From the human T2T-CHM13v2.0 reference genome, Homo sapiens, in the NCBI RefSeq assembly GCF_009914755.1, contig NC_060932.1: 64,000 nucleotides of DNA; one strand, given 5' to 3'. The position numbers and the translations under genes were made by a program. The notes beneath the pieces are model-generated. The model saw only the letters and a list, made by a program, of their open reading frames with translations. It was not told where the DNA came from and did no database searches. Every line of letters starts with the position of its first letter. The first letter of the stretch is position 1. Below are positions 43,335-62,490 of this stretch, one piece after another.

Positions 43335-45125
43335 CTGAGGTTCTCAAATATTTTGGTCTCAGAACCCACCTACTTTCTTAAAAATTGAGGATTCCAAATG
43401 GCTTTTTAAGTCTGGGTTATTGATATTTACTATATTCACAAATAATACTCAGGGTTGGGTGTGGTAGCTCACGCCTGTAACCCCAGCACTATGGGAAGCC
43501 GAGGTGGGCAGATCACTTGAGGTCAGGAGTTCGAGACCAGCCTGGCCAACATGGAGAAACTCTATCTCTACTAAAACTAAAAAAATTAGCTGGGCATGGT
43601 GGTACACGTTTGTAATCCCACCTAGTTGGGAGGCTGAGGCAGGAGAATCGCTTAAACCTGGGAGGTGAGGTTGCAGTGAGCTGACATCATGCCACCACAC
43701 TCTAGCCTGGGTGACAGTGAGACTCCACCTCAAAATAAAATAAATAAAATAACAATACTGAGAAAGTCTTAAATTATTTATTCATATAAAAGTAAAAGTA
43801 ATGTATTACATGTTAATATAAATAACACAGTTTATGAAAAATGTATTTTCCAAAACAAAACAAAAATGTAGTGAGGAGAGTGAAGTCATTTACAGTTTAC
43901 AGATCTCTTTAATGTTTAGCTTAATAGAAAACAGCTGGATTCTCATATCCACTCTGCTTCTACACTCAGCCTGTTGTAATAACTTGTTTTAGTGGAAGTT
44001 CGTGAAGACAAATCAACCTCTGTGTATGGGAGAAATATTTTAATAGCTTTTTCAGGTATTGGTGCTTACGGTGTGATACTGTACCTAAGTTCAGTAAGTA
44101 CTAGTTTCTTAGAAGTTAATTTCAGGATGGAATCTGCAACCTTAACAATGGAGTTTTCTGCAACCTTAACAATGGAGTTTTTCCTCTGTTATAGGAAATA
44201 CATTGACTTATTTTGCACTTTGAATACATTTTATATCTGCATGATTTTGTAACATTTGGAAGATATTGGTTCACTGAGTTATACAGATCTTCCGATTTCA
44301 ATATATTTTATTATACAACATTAAAATATTTTTAACAATATTACCACCAATCTCATCAGAACAGTCTCTATAAGGAAGCTGTCAAGCTCACTGGGATAGA
44401 CATAAGTTTTCTATAGTTCTTATTTTCTCTTGAGTTCAAATTTTACCTTTGGCACCAAATACTCTGTTATTTTACTTGAGGTGACAATCTCACTTTATTC
44501 ATTTTTGAGGAAGCATTTATGAAATATTTAAGTCTAAAATAACCATAGTTTGTCTTACTTAATTTAAAGTAAAAGCAGTGTTCCAAGAAAAAAAAAAAAA
44601 GTTTAGGTTAACTCACAGTTCAATTACCAAGTGTTTTTTTTCTCAAGAAAACTAATATACAAACTTCACTGTTCAGCAGAACTGCTTTTGTGCCTTTCCC
44701 GTGTGGTCACACACAATATTAAATGGGTATGAACATAAAGGTCAAGGCTTAATGAAATTAGTTAGTACTGGTGTATCAAGGACATTCGTAAGTGAAACTG
44801 CCATTCATTTTACTATAAGTATGTGGTAATAATTTGGTGCCACGCTAAAATGACAGCAGTTTTACCCCTTTTTGCTTTGTAAAATATATATGTTTTTATT
44901 TTTTTGGTGCTCTACATGCTCAGAAAACTATATTAATGAACTACAGAAATGACCCCTGAAAGTACAGTCTTTGCTTTTGTGCCATCAGTGGAAATGTAAA
45001 GATAGTGAAAAAGGCAAATAGTACCCTAATATTATTATAAAAGTAGTTTTGACCTTACAAACTCCCTGGAATGGCCTCAGGGATACCACCCCACAGTCGT
45101 CCGAGGCACACTTTGAGAACCACTG
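43335..45125. mobile_element. Charlie1-like hAT DNA transposon remnant with nested AluS (~43452-43750) and U3 retrocopy
   Basis: Termini ggttctcaaa / tttgagaaccactg and AT-rich internal sequence. Confidence 0.7.
44906..44971 (-). pseudogene. 3'-truncated U3 snoRNA retropseudogene
   Basis: Reverse complement reads AAGACTGTACTTTCAGGGGTCATTTCTGTAGT...TTTCTGAGCATGTAGAGCACC then an A-rich tail, matching the U3 5' end AAGACTATACTTTCAGGGATCATTTCTATAGT...GTAGAGCACC. Confidence 0.9.
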
Positions 45126-45269
45126 CTCTCAGCTCCTTTTTATACCTTTGCACGTCTGTTTCCTCAGCTCTGCAGCTCCTGGTGGCCTCTGTCCACTCTA
45201 AGTTCCCCTACTGCAGCATTCAGTAGGGTTGTATTTCTTTAAGTTCTCTGATTTAAAATTTACTATATC

Positions 45270-45590
45270 CTGGCAGGGTGTGGTGGCTCACGCCTATAAT
45301 CCGAGCACTTTGGAAGGCAGAGGTGGGAGGATTGCATGAGCTCAGGAGTTAGAGACCAGCCTGGGAAACATAGCAAGACCCTGTCTCTACAAAATAGAAA
45401 CAAAAATGAGAATAGCTGGGCATGGTGGTGTGAGACTGTAATCCCAGCTACTCTGGTGGGTGAGATGGGAGGATCACCTGAGTCCAGGAGATGGAGGCTG
45501 CAGTGAGCCATGAATGCGCCACTGCATTCCAGTCTAGGTGACAGACTGAGATCTTGTCTCAAAAATAAATAAATGAACAAAAAATAAAAT
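45270..45590 (+). mobile_element. AluJ
   Basis: Alu consensus, TSD tactatatcct. Confidence 0.9.
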
Positions 45591-45965
45591 AGAATGTACT
45601 ATATCCTCTATTCACAAAAACAAAAAAATTTATTGAGTACCTAATATGTGCCAAAGACTGTTCAAAGCATTGAAAATACAGAAGTCAACGAGATAAGCAC
45701 GGTCACTGGTCTTGTGGACTTTCTATTCTAGAGGGAGAAAATAGACAGTAAACTTGTAAGTGAATTAACATACAAGGTAATCGGTAACTTCCAACAATGT
45801 TAAGTGCTGTGATAACCATACAAACAAACCGATGCCACTGAGCATGACGGGATGAGCCAGTAGCCAGGCGGCCCCATCCCAATAGGTGTCACGTTTGTGT
45901 ATCCGGCCGTGCATAACAGTACATCATAAGTGGGATGACTGAAGATTCCAGTGAGAATCTGTCTA

Positions 45966-46364
<399 letters not shown>

Positions 46365-46754
46365 GGGCTCTGGGTAGAATGAAGCCTGGCCAGTCTCCCA
46401 GGGGGAAGAGCAAGTTACTGGGAGGAAATCACTTAAGAAAAGCTGAGTCCAGGACAAGAAGCCACTCTGTCCTGCTGGGGGCCAAAGTGGGATGCTGATG
46501 CTCCTAGCTGCTACTTGTTCTGCCTGAGGATGGTGGCAGAAGGGGGCAAGGATGGAACTGGGTTGTTTGTAATGTGAAGTTTCCATTATCCTGATGGAAA
46601 TACCCAACTTCACTGACACTCAGGAGCTGGCTATTATTCCTGCTTTGGGGCATTCCAGAGCTGCTTCTAGGACATACTAATATTTTTCATCTGTACCAGT
46701 ATTCACCTAACCTGGGTATCTAGGGCAAAACCAGACATAAGACAGTAAAAAATA

Positions 46755-47562
<808 letters not shown>

Positions 47563-48324
47563 GAAAAGCACTTTGCCATTGAGGAAATAAATATGATGCT
47601 ACTCACTCGAGAAAGTTTCCCTGGAATTAATTCCTTCCTTGTTTTCCTCTCTCCTTTATCCCAGCAAGATGCTGCTGTTGTTCATGCTGAAGGAATGTGT
47701 CTTCTGCAGTAGGGCGGCATCTCCCGGGCAAGCTTCTGGTGTTTTTCTGTGATGCAGCTGCTCTCTCCAGTCCTGGGACATGGGCTATGAGCCTTTCACT
47801 CCGCCTTTCCCTGTGATCTTTTCTCTGGGAGTTAATGCTCTTCTCCATGCTTCACTGAGGAGCCACGATCTGGTTTCATGGATTTCACCCTTTTCTCATA
47901 AGTATGAATTATTGTAACCCCAACAGAGGCACATTTGATCCCTTTCACAGATCATTTCTCTCTTAGCCACTTCGTGTTTTCCAGAAGACATGTCCTGGAG
48001 TGGCTGCAGGTCTCTGTGCAGAACTGCACTGTAGACAGATCATGTGCACCCTACTTCAAACGTGGAAAAATCTCCCTGCTACAGAAATGCGCACCCAAAG
48101 GCATCCATTCAATCCCCTCCATCAATTAGTTAATGACATACTACCCCTTCTCATTAAATCAGAAAATTCTTGAAGGCAAGCCCATTGTTTCGTCTCGTAT
48201 CCCTACAGTCCCAGCCTTTGGAGAAGGTTGATGCTTATGTTGCAAGAACATTAGAAAATTTGCTTAGAAAGACTACTGCACAGTAGTGTTATTTGTTTGT
48301 TTGTTTGTTTGTTTTAATTTTTAT

Positions 48325-48575
48325 TTTTAGAGACGGGCTCACTCTGTGACCCAGGTTGGAGTGCAGTGGCATGACCACAGCTCACTACATCTCAACCTCC
48401 TGGGCTCAAGTGATCCTCCTGCCTCAGCCTCCCAAATAGCTGGGACTACAGGCATGTACCACCACCCCTGGATAATTTGGCTCTGGTGTCCAGGTTGGGA
48501 CTCAAGCAATCCTCCTGCATCAGCCTCCCAAAGTCCTGAGATTATAGGCATAAGCCGCTACAGTCAGCCTCTGTG
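48325..48575 (-). mobile_element. AluJ with internal deletion
   Basis: Alu consensus. Confidence 0.85.
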
Positions 48576-50539
48576 GTCTTCATGTTGTCCCCAGAGAGAG
48601 TTGTGAGTGGGTGATAAGGGTGGTGGGAGAATGGATTTTTCTCTAATCTCTATTTCAAGAGCAATAGTACTTCTCTTCTAACCACCCCTCCCCCAGTCAC
48701 ATAATTTATTATATGGTCCCATTTTAGCCTGGCTTCTAAAGTGTTTAAAGCCAAATTTATAATCCCCGCATAGCAGCTGTGGGATCTCATCACAAGTATC
48801 TTGGGAATAAAAGCCTGAAGGGCTTCATCATATTTTTCCCAGCTTCAATATCTTTTTGTCCTGTCTTCCACACCTTCATCATTGTTGTTTTGTCTTCGCT
48901 CTTCAACTTTTACATGTATCTTGGATACATTTTGTCTCCTAAAAACAGATTCTCTCATAAACTTTAACAGTTGGTCCTGCATCTCTATCACAGGAACATT
49001 TTTCACCTTAAAAAAGAAATTACAGGAATCATCTCAAGCCTTCACTTTGGACTCTGGGGAATATCACAAGGGAACAACACAGTTGAATCAGAAAAATGCA
49101 AATCAGAATCGCAAGAGAGCCTCTAGGTTTTCACAGCTGCCTAACCTAGTTCTAACACCACCAGCATGCGCTCTAAATAATGCATGAGGAATCAGCCTTG
49201 CCAGTCTGCTGATTGAATTAGTATGGGGGCGGGTGGTAGCTAAGGGTGGGGGCACTAGCAGGAAATTACAGAGAAGATAAGGAAAGCAGAATAGTTTTCC
49301 TTTGCTCATTCTTCAAAAAGCCCTCTACTCTACAGTAAACGCACGTACCACAAAGTAAAGCTAGGAAAACGAGGGTGCATTCTAGCTGGTGGCTTTATCT
49401 GATTCATCCTAAATTCTAGCTTTGTGTCCCAGGTTTTCAATTCCTACTTCCAGTTCTCTTTGCTTTCTGCAAATGTGATTCACCTCTTAGCTACTTGAAA
49501 CAGAGCTTGCTTTTTGGCTCATCGAGTCTTCTCAACCCCGTAGTTTGAGCATCTCCTTTTATCCTTAGAGAACCCTGTTAAGCCACTGGCTCCATCACCC
49601 ATGGCTGAACCAGGAGCTAGTGGTCATGATGGAAGAGGGAAAGAGGACTGCAATCAGGAAGACGTAATCAAAAAGCTGTTCTTGTTTAAAGGCAACATGA
49701 AGTGAATTCAAAGAAAGTTGTGTGTGTGTCCCAAACCTTAATTGTTCAAATATTTTCCTTCAATGTTTCCTTTTTATTTTGTTTGGTTTCTTAAAATGGA
49801 GCTCATGGAGAAGGGAATAAGAGCTGAAATCCTAACCAATATATAATTTCCGTTATGTAATATCAGCTCATTTTTTAAGACAAAAAATTTATCATGTTTC
49901 GTAGCCATCCACACAGGATCTCCATGGAAGAGACTAAGCACTGATAATATTAGACAGAAAAATGCTGAGATTGCACATTTCAGCTATTTTTCTTTGGCTC
50001 TACACAGGCAAAGAACGCATCCAGAGGGCTTTACTGAGAACATTCACTGCACCGACATTGTTTACTAAAGGAAGCTGACTGTAGCAGTTGCTGGTGAGGA
50101 AGAGGATACTTTCCTCAGCTTAATTCCCAGAATACAGAGTGTGAGTGTGTGGGAGAAATCCAAGTGAACTTGACGAACACATGGCATTCACACTGGGAGG
50201 ACAACAGATGGGACGTGTCAGCAATAAACTGCCTAAGTTTGGTGAGGCTATTTCCTAAGAGGAGCAGTGTGGCACAGTGGGAAGAATAGTAAATTCAGAG
50301 GGTTTAATTTTGGTTTTGGCTTATGGTGCTTTGAAATTGTCACACCAGAAGCCGAATGTGTCAGGAAAACCGCTCATTCCCAAGCAATGTTATGAATTAC
50401 ATGGCTGTGAACCAAACAATTGCTCTGGTTTAGAGTCTGGTAAGTGGACGTTGAACCCGTCAAAAGGCCTGAAGGCCAGGTCTGAATCACGTGTACATCC
50501 CACGTGGCCCTTTCTACGGTGATTAGTGAAGCCTCCCCA

Positions 50540-50921
50540 CATAAAGAGAGCTAATGAAAGAGATTTATTCGGAAGAATCTGCTCATGCGATTGTGGAGGT
50601 TGGCAAGTCCAAAATCTGCAAGGCAGGCCAGCAGAATGGAAATTCCAGAAGAAGCCGCTATCGCAGTCTTGAGTCTGAATGCAGCCTGGAGGCAGAATGC
50701 CTTCCTCTTTAGGGGAGCTCAGTTATTTTTCTTACAGCCCTCAAATGATTGAACGAGGCCCACACAGATTATAAAGGGTAATCTGTTTTATTCAAAGCCT
50801 ACTGGCTTATATGTTAATCATATCTTTTAAAATATCTTTACAGCAACATCTAGACTGATGTTTGACCAAACTACTGGGTGCTATAACCTGGCCACGTTGA
50901 CACATAAAATTAACCATCACA
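50540..50921. mobile_element. MLT2 (ERVL) LTR fragment
   Basis: ggcaagtccaaaatctgca...ttgacacataaaattaaccatcaca. Confidence 0.85.
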
Positions 50922-51119
50922 CATGATTAAGTGCTCAAGAAATTGATGTGATTTGATATCCCAAGACAGACATATTTCTGAGACACTATTTCTTCAGCTG
51001 AACAAAGTAGAGATTAGACCTTATTATTCTAACTCTGACAGTCAAAGGGCAAAATTTAAGTCTTGAGAATATGAGAGACACTGCAACTTCTGGTCTCCTC
51101 AGATGAGTTGAAGAGGTTC

Positions 51120-52050
51120 CTTTTTTAAACAGATTTTCTTAAAATAGTGGTAAAATATGCATAACGTATAATGTAACATTTTAACCATACAGTTCAGTGA
51201 CATTAAGTACATTTCCATTGTTGTGCAACCATCACCACAATCTACCTCCAGAACTTTTTCAACAACCCAAGCCAAACCAACTCTGAAATCATTAAACAGT
51301 AACTCTCCATCCTCCCTTTCCCTTAGCTTTGGCAACGACCATTCTACTTTCTGACTCTATGAATTTGACTACTAGGTAGCTCATATAAGAAAAATCATAC
51401 AATATCTGTCATTTTGCATCCTGCATATTTCATTTAACGTAATGCCTTCAAGATTCATCTATGTTGCTGCATGTGTCCGAATTTCACTCATTTCTAAGCC
51501 TCAATAATATATCATTGTATGTATATACCACTTTTTTTGTTCATTCATCTGTCAGTGGACACTTGAGTTGTTTTAAATTTAGAATAATTCAATTCAATTC
51601 AATTCAATTCAATTCAATTCAATTCAATTCAATTCAATTCAATTGGGTTGTTTGGTTACTGAGAATAAAGACATTATAAATATGAGTATACAAATATCTG
51701 TTGGAGTCTCTGCTTTCAGTTCTTTGGAGTATATGACCAGAAGTACAACTGCTGGATTATATGGTAACTCTATGTTTAATTTTTTGAGAAACCACCATAC
51801 TGTTTTCCACAATGGCTGCAACACTTTACATTACCATCAGCAGTACACAAGGGTTCTGATTTCTCCACATCCTCACTAATACTTGTTTCTTTTTTTTTTT
51901 TTTAGTTTTTTAGAATGGCCATCCTAATGAGTGTGAAGTTGCATCTCATTGTGGTTTTGATTTGCATTACCTAATAATTAGTTATGTTAAGCGTCTTTTC
52001 TTGTGTTTATCACCTATTTGAATATCTTCTTTGGAGGAATGTCTCTGTGT
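51120..52050 (-). mobile_element. L1MB-type 3' fragment containing (AATTC)n at 51586-51643
   Basis: gctggattatatggtaactctatgtttaattttttgagaaaccaccatactgttttcca. Confidence 0.88.
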
Positions 52051-52169
52051 CCTTTGCTTACTTTTAAAGGAATCTTTGAATATTATTTTTATCTTCGGGA
52101 ATGTCTCTATAAAATATTTTAGCCAGTCCATGTATACTGAATGCCAATAATTTCTACAATAAAAATGCA

Positions 52170-53825
<1,656 letters not shown>

Positions 53826-55192
53826 ATTTTATATTTTCATTTTGCTTCATCTAATAATATCAAGTGAACACCTTTTCACATCAATGAACATATTTCTACA
53901 TTATTATTTTAGTGGATACATAATGTTCTATTTCATTATTGCATAACTTATTCAATGAGATTGCAATTTTTGTAAATTTACATTTTCTACAAAGCTAATA
54001 TCATGAAGAAGCTGTAATTAACATTGCTGCGAGCTACAGCTTTGCCAACTGTGCAACCATTTCCTTAGAATCAATTCCTAGATGGGAAATGCTAGGTCAA
54101 ATACGTCCAGAATCTGACCACTTTTTATAATCTACCTTGCGATGCCCCTGCCCCCAAATAGCCACACTGCTCTCCCACTTGCTACCTACAGGCTGATACC
54201 CATGGTCATGATGGGTGGCCTTCCCTGACCACCCTTTGCAACTGAAATGCTCTCCTCCCACCCAACACACACTCGCTGTCCCCATCTCTGCTTGTTCTCC
54301 ACAGCACTGATCATTCTATAATAAGCTACCCCCACTTCTTGTTTATCGTGTTTACTGTCTGTCTTCCTCCTCTCCAGGACGTCAGCTCCATGAGGGTCAG
54401 GCTTCCTCTTTCGACTCCATCCCCATCCCCCAGCACTCAAGTATTCTTCAAGCATCCCTTAAACATTCCAACAGTAGGACCCAGTTCCTGTTTTGAAGGA
54501 ATTCATGATCCACTGGGGGAAACCGAACTCAGACAACAGAGTAAATAATGCTATATTCCAGATATGCACAAGGCGCTGGAGAAAGCATCGAGGAAGCAAT
54601 GACAGAGGAGGTGACATCTGAGCAGAGCCCTGATGGGTCAATCTGGGAACAGGAGAGAGGCAGTAACCCTACAGGGGCACATTTTGATGTGTGTGGATCA
54701 TGGGCTGGGGTGGAGGGTGGGCAACGGTTGTGGCCAGATTGTAAATAGTGTTGAGTGTTGAGGGGCATCTGAAAGAGTTTTAGCTTTTTTTTTCATTCTT
54801 TTTTTTTTTTTTTTTTTGAGAGAGGGTCTGTCTCTGTCATCCAGGCTGGAATGCAGTGGTGGGATCATAGCTCACTGCAGCCTCAAACTCCTGGAAGAGC
54901 CTTAATTTTAACCTGTAACATTCACATTAAATTTCAACCTGTCACAATCAAACTGTCCCCTAGGGCTTCATCACTGCCAGGCCACCTGATGATGGCAAGG
55001 TGTACAAGAAGATTAAATTGGGCTCTAATCTCCATTCCAGCACACCCCTGTTTGAGACAGGGCAGCCCAGCATGAGCTGGCTTACACACTGTGCTTCTGA
55101 TGGGTCCTTCCTTGGAAGGCTGTGCTCAATGGCTGGAATTTTGAAAACCATCTCTGCTGGCAATGAAAGCTGCTGCCTTATAGAATGACCAA

Positions 55193-55480
55193 GGCCAGCA
55201 CTTTGGGAGGCTGAGATGGGGGGATGATTTGAAACCAGCAGTTTGAGACCAGCCTGGGCAACATAGAGAGACCTTGTGTCTATAAAATAAACAAACAAAA
55301 TTAGTCTGGTGTCGTGGCTGGTGCCCATAATCCCAGCTAGTGAGATTGAAGTGGGAGGGTCACTTGATGCCAAGGAGGTCAGGGCTGCAGTGAACCATGA
55401 TTGCACCCTAAACTCCAGCCTGGGTAACAGAGCAAGAACCTGTCTCAAAATAATAATAATAATTAATAATAATAATAATA
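55193..55480 (+). mobile_element. 5'-truncated AluJ
   Basis: Alu consensus with (AAT)n tail. Confidence 0.88.
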
Positions 55481-55907
55481 ACCAAGTGGAATCTTCTCCT
55501 TTCTCCTCGCAGGAGGGCAGGGCCCTTTTACAACCTGTAAAAGTGTGTAGGTTTTCTGGAAAAGATTGAATTGCAGTGGGTATAGAAACCAACCTTGGGC
55601 TTTGGGGAGGGCTCAAACCTTGTCAAGGCTCGGCAAGAGAGAACACTGCTGCCTTCCACATGATAGCAAGTCACCCTTCCCGGCAGCACACCTGAGATCA
55701 GCTCCTGTTGCAATCCCTGTGTCCCAAGAGGTAAAGCAATTCACTAAAAACACACACTCAGTTAGCAGAACAGGTGACGTCAGCTTTCCAACTCTGACGC
55801 TTTTGATGGGTTGTTTAAAGTCCTAAAAAACCCACTAAGATGAAAATAGTGGAAGTGAGGCTGAGGTGGGAGGATCATTTGAGCCCAGGAGTTCGAGGTT
55901 GTAGTGA

Positions 55908-56432
<525 letters not shown>

Positions 56433-57043
56433 TGCCAAATCTATTTTCTAATCTGCAAAACAAGAGAGAAACTATGCTCTCTGGGCACCCTGTTACCTCT
56501 CACTGTGACATTTCTTTGTCTTTGAAAAGTGTAACGCATACAAGTGTGCCAGATTCCCATTTTCTATCAATTTCTATAAAGTTGCGACTAAGGTTATGAG
56601 AAACCTGGGTCACACCTAGGTAATAAAATGCTGACCTCGGGAGTCATGCAGTCCTCAGGTGGAGCAGAACGACCTGGCCTGGCTTGTGGAGACTCGCGGC
56701 TACGTGACTGCCCACTCACGATGCCCCTTGCTGTCCTGGGATGTGCCCCTGCTGGGCTGGATTGGCCCAGCCACTTGGCAGCGCGAGTCCCCCGCCTCCA
56801 GCGCCCCACAGGCTCCTAAGAGCCTCGGGTTCCCCATCATAGACAAAGGATTTGGATGAGCCCTCTGAGGTCCCCTCCAGCTCTCAGGTCTGAGGCTATG
56901 GCTTTATGAATATTGCATTTCACTCTGCAAAAAAAAATTAATGATACCATGTCTGAAAAGTGCCATGAATTCCTTGGGATAGAGGTGATTAGTTAATTTT
57001 GTCACCCACGGTTTCTGTAATCCAATAACATGGCAATACTCAG

Positions 57044-57782
<739 letters not shown>

Positions 57783-58488
57783 TTATAATATGAATCCTCG
57801 TTATTACCGCAAGTAATCCATTTTGAATGAAAACACAAATTGCCAGGAAAAAATGGCTGAGACAATCTCTTCTTGGGCAACTTTCAAGGAATGCTCCCGA
57901 TCTAACCTTAAACAAAAGGAAAGGGCAAAGCAATGTTATCTTTTAGGTCAGAAAAATAAACAGACTTTTCTGTTTTCTTCCCTCTTTTGTAAGCAGTGAC
58001 ACTTGAGAAGTTTCTCACCAGCAGGTTTCTGCCCAAGCCTGAGAATTATCTGACTGACATGAGCCTAAACAAGAGTGGGGACAATCTGAGGACGCCTCCC
58101 TGGTGCTCTAAACAGCATGTTGTGAGCGGATGGAAATGAAGGCTACAGTTTTTAGGGAAAAATCTTCCTGCTCATTTTTCGATGACATTGCATCGTATCC
58201 CTGACCCCTGAAAATGTTGAGAAGAGTAGAAAAGGATGAGATTTGTCGGTATCCGCTTGCTTTCCGCATGAGTTGGATGATTTCCAAGGAACCTCAGGGG
58301 TCAAATTTCTTAACTGCAAAGGGGTGGGACTGGCGAAGGCGCAATCAGCAGTCCCATCTGCAAAGCCTACTCTTGCTGTGTGGTTTAACCTGCATTATGG
58401 CCCTGGGAGATTCACAGGTGTCTTTCTCTGCCTTCTGTAGGAGGCTCAGTAAAGTTGCCTCAAGTCAAACATTTCAGAAGTGATACCT

Positions 58489-58815
58489 GGCCCTGCAAGG
58501 TGCCTCACACCTGTAATCCCAGCACTTTGGAACGCTGAGGTGGGAGGATCACTTGTGGCCGATTCAAGACCAGCCTAGGCAACATAGGGAGAGCCTGTCT
58601 CTACCAAAAAAAAAAAAAAAAAAAAGTTTACACAGATTAGCCAGGTGTGATCAGTTTGTTTAAACTTAAAAAAATTAGGTGCGCATGTAGTCGCAGCTAC
58701 TCAGAAAGGTGAGGTGGGAGGATTGATCCCTTGAGCCCAGGAGTTTGAGGCTGTAGTGAGCTATGATCGTGTCACTGCACTCCAGCCTGCGTGACAGAAT
58801 GAGATCCCTGGCTTT
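58489..58815 (+). mobile_element. Degenerate AluJ
   Basis: Alu consensus. Confidence 0.85.
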
Positions 58816-58937
58816 CAAAACCAGCGATCTGGAGTCCAACTTCAGTAGTCTTTCCTTCTGTTAAACAGACCCAAACATCATGAATGTTCTTAGGCCCCAT
58901 CAGAGTGATGACACTGAGGTGGCAGAGACTTCCAGGG

Positions 58938-59593
<656 letters not shown>

Positions 59594-59682
59594 GAGGGGA
59601 ATAAGATTATGGGCCTCCCAAATTGACCATGATCTGGCTCCAAAGTGAGCCAGTGAGATTCATTGAAAACAAGGTTTTACAG

Positions 59683-60651
59683 CAGGAGCAGACAAACAGA
59701 AGCCCATGGGTCAAATCCAGCCCATCACAAGTTCGTGTATGGCCAGTGGGTTTAAACTAGTTTTATATTTTTAAATGGTTGGGGGAAAGCTCAAAAGAAG
59801 CACAGTCTTTTGTTACTTATACAAATTATATGAATTTCAAGTTTGAGAGTCCATAAATAACATTTTATTGGAACGTAGGCTCATTGTTTGCATATTGTCT
59901 GTGGCTGCTTTGGCACGGCATCTGGGGAACTGAGTACAATCTATTCTTGTTATTGGCAACATTTATGTTACATAAAGTTACCATTAATACTGAATTAGTG
60001 AATACTGAACCATTGCTCCTAGGGGAAATATAGGGTTAGTTTGCTGTAGGCCTCCGGTCACATTTTTGTCTACTGATCAATAAGTAATTATATTTTATAT
60101 GTGCTTCTGTTTAAAGGGACTCTGTTTAATATATAATGCTGGCTTGTGAACATGGAACTCACGGAAACAGCACTAGAACTCAGGCCTGAACGAAGCTCAT
60201 CCAACACATGGGTTTTCTCCTTGACGCACCTCACAGCTTCTTGTGCTTAGGAACTTTAGGCAGCACCTCAGCACTATACTTGCGAGTCACTGAAATGCAA
60301 AATCACTAACCAAAAGCACAAAAGTGCAAAACACATGGGACTAAGTAGATCCTGAACAGGCAACTTATTTACAGTGTGAGAGTTGAAACAAAAAGATAGA
60401 ACATTGCTCTGTTCAGCATTGGCTGGAAACGTGGGTGTCAGGTGACATATGTTTTTCCAGGAATAAGTGCAAAGGCACCATGAGTATTCATTTTGAGGCT
60501 ACAAATAAATTTTAGTGAGTAGGTGAATTTGGAAATACAGAATCCACAAATAATGAGGATCGGCTGTAGTTGCAGCAGAGTCTATACAGATCACAAAGTC
60601 TAAAGTATATGCGTTGTGCCCCTTAAAAAAAAAAATGTTTGCCAGCCCTTG
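59683..60651. mobile_element. MER58-like hAT element with a nested MER82-like element (copy 3, 59937-60566)
   Basis: catattgtctgtggctgcttt...aaaatgtttgccagccct. The inner element is TA-flanked with TIRs caatctattcttgttatt / aataatgaggatcggctg. Confidence 0.72.
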
Positions 60652-61189
60652 CTCTCCAGTTTGTTCAACCTTTCCTCCAAGGAGAATGAAACAGGCACTG
60701 GATGTCATGAACAATGTCCGAACCAGAGGGAGCTCATAAGGAAAAGCAAAACAACTTCAATTATGGGGTAGAAACTCAAGTAATTAATGTGGAAAGAATT
60801 TTCAAGCTCTAGAGCAAAACCGAGTTTCTGATCTTTGCAGATTTTCTGTTGTTCATTCACAAACATGTATCCAATACCCTCTAACTGGCATGACTCTGTG
60901 CTGAGAGTTGTAAGTCATTTAGAGTTACTACTTTAAACTGTAACATTGTTACTTGATCAGTGTTATTGAGAACTGAAGTTGTTTAGAGGAAGGATAGTTG
61001 GAAGGAAAGAAGACAAAAATGGATTGGCCAATTTATGACTTGGATCATCAGTCTCTCAAACTGATTATTTTAGTTAAAAAAAGTTATTATTTGTGCAAAT
61101 TTATGGAGTACATGAGAGATTTTGTAACATGTATATAATGTGAAATTTATTATTTTAAACAGGTGTTTTGTTAAACATATTTTAAACAA

Positions 61190-61541
61190 TGAGATGATTT
61201 GGCTGTGTCCCCACCCAAATATCTTCTTGAATTGTGTTACAGTTTCCATAATCCCCATGTGTCATGGGAGGGACCTCCATGCTGTTCTTCTAGTAGTGAG
61301 TAAGTTCTCAGGAGATCTGATGGTTTATAAGGGGCTTCCCCCGGGCCCCCTTTCACTCTGCATTTCTCCTTGCTGCTGTCATGTGAAGAAGGACGTGTTT
61401 GCTTCCCCATCTACCATGATTGTTAAGTTTCCTGAGGCCTCCCCAGCTATGCTGAACTGTGAGTCAATTAAACCTCTTTCCTTTATAAATCACCCAATCT
61501 TGGGTATGTCTTTATTAGCAGCATGAGAACAGACCATTACA
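61190..61541. mobile_element. THE1-type solo LTR, opposite orientation to the others
   Basis: tttggctgtgtccccacccaaat...gggtatgtctttattagcagcatgagaacag. Confidence 0.9.
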
Positions 61542-61561
61542 AACACGTTTGCTTGTGATGA

Positions 61562-61875
<314 letters not shown>

Positions 61876-62123
61876 ATGATGACTTAATTTTCAAAAAGGA
61901 CTTGAGACAATTTAAACCAAAGCACATGCAAAACTCAGGAGGGAGGCAAGCAGGATAGACAGCAAGGTCTGAAAAGTAATGTGGCAGAAGCAGGCAGGAC
62001 ACACAAAGGGCCACGGAATTATATTGCATTTCCATTTGGATTCTGAGACTCCCATCTCAAAAAAGTCCCAGGGTAGAGGGGAGGGTGGTAGGGTAGGGAA
62101 GATAAAATCAGTAATGAGAGTAA

Positions 62124-62490
<367 letters not shown>

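Noticed and set aside
44133-44181. Short tandem duplications (24 bp here, also 25443-25484, 17375-17422 and 31038-31119)
   Set aside because: Ordinary slippage duplications with no evident functional context.
54960-55616. 218-aa minus-strand ORF
   Set aside because: Largely antisense Alu plus an (ATT)n tract. The same applies to the many LSPRLECSG and PASASQ ORFs in the track.
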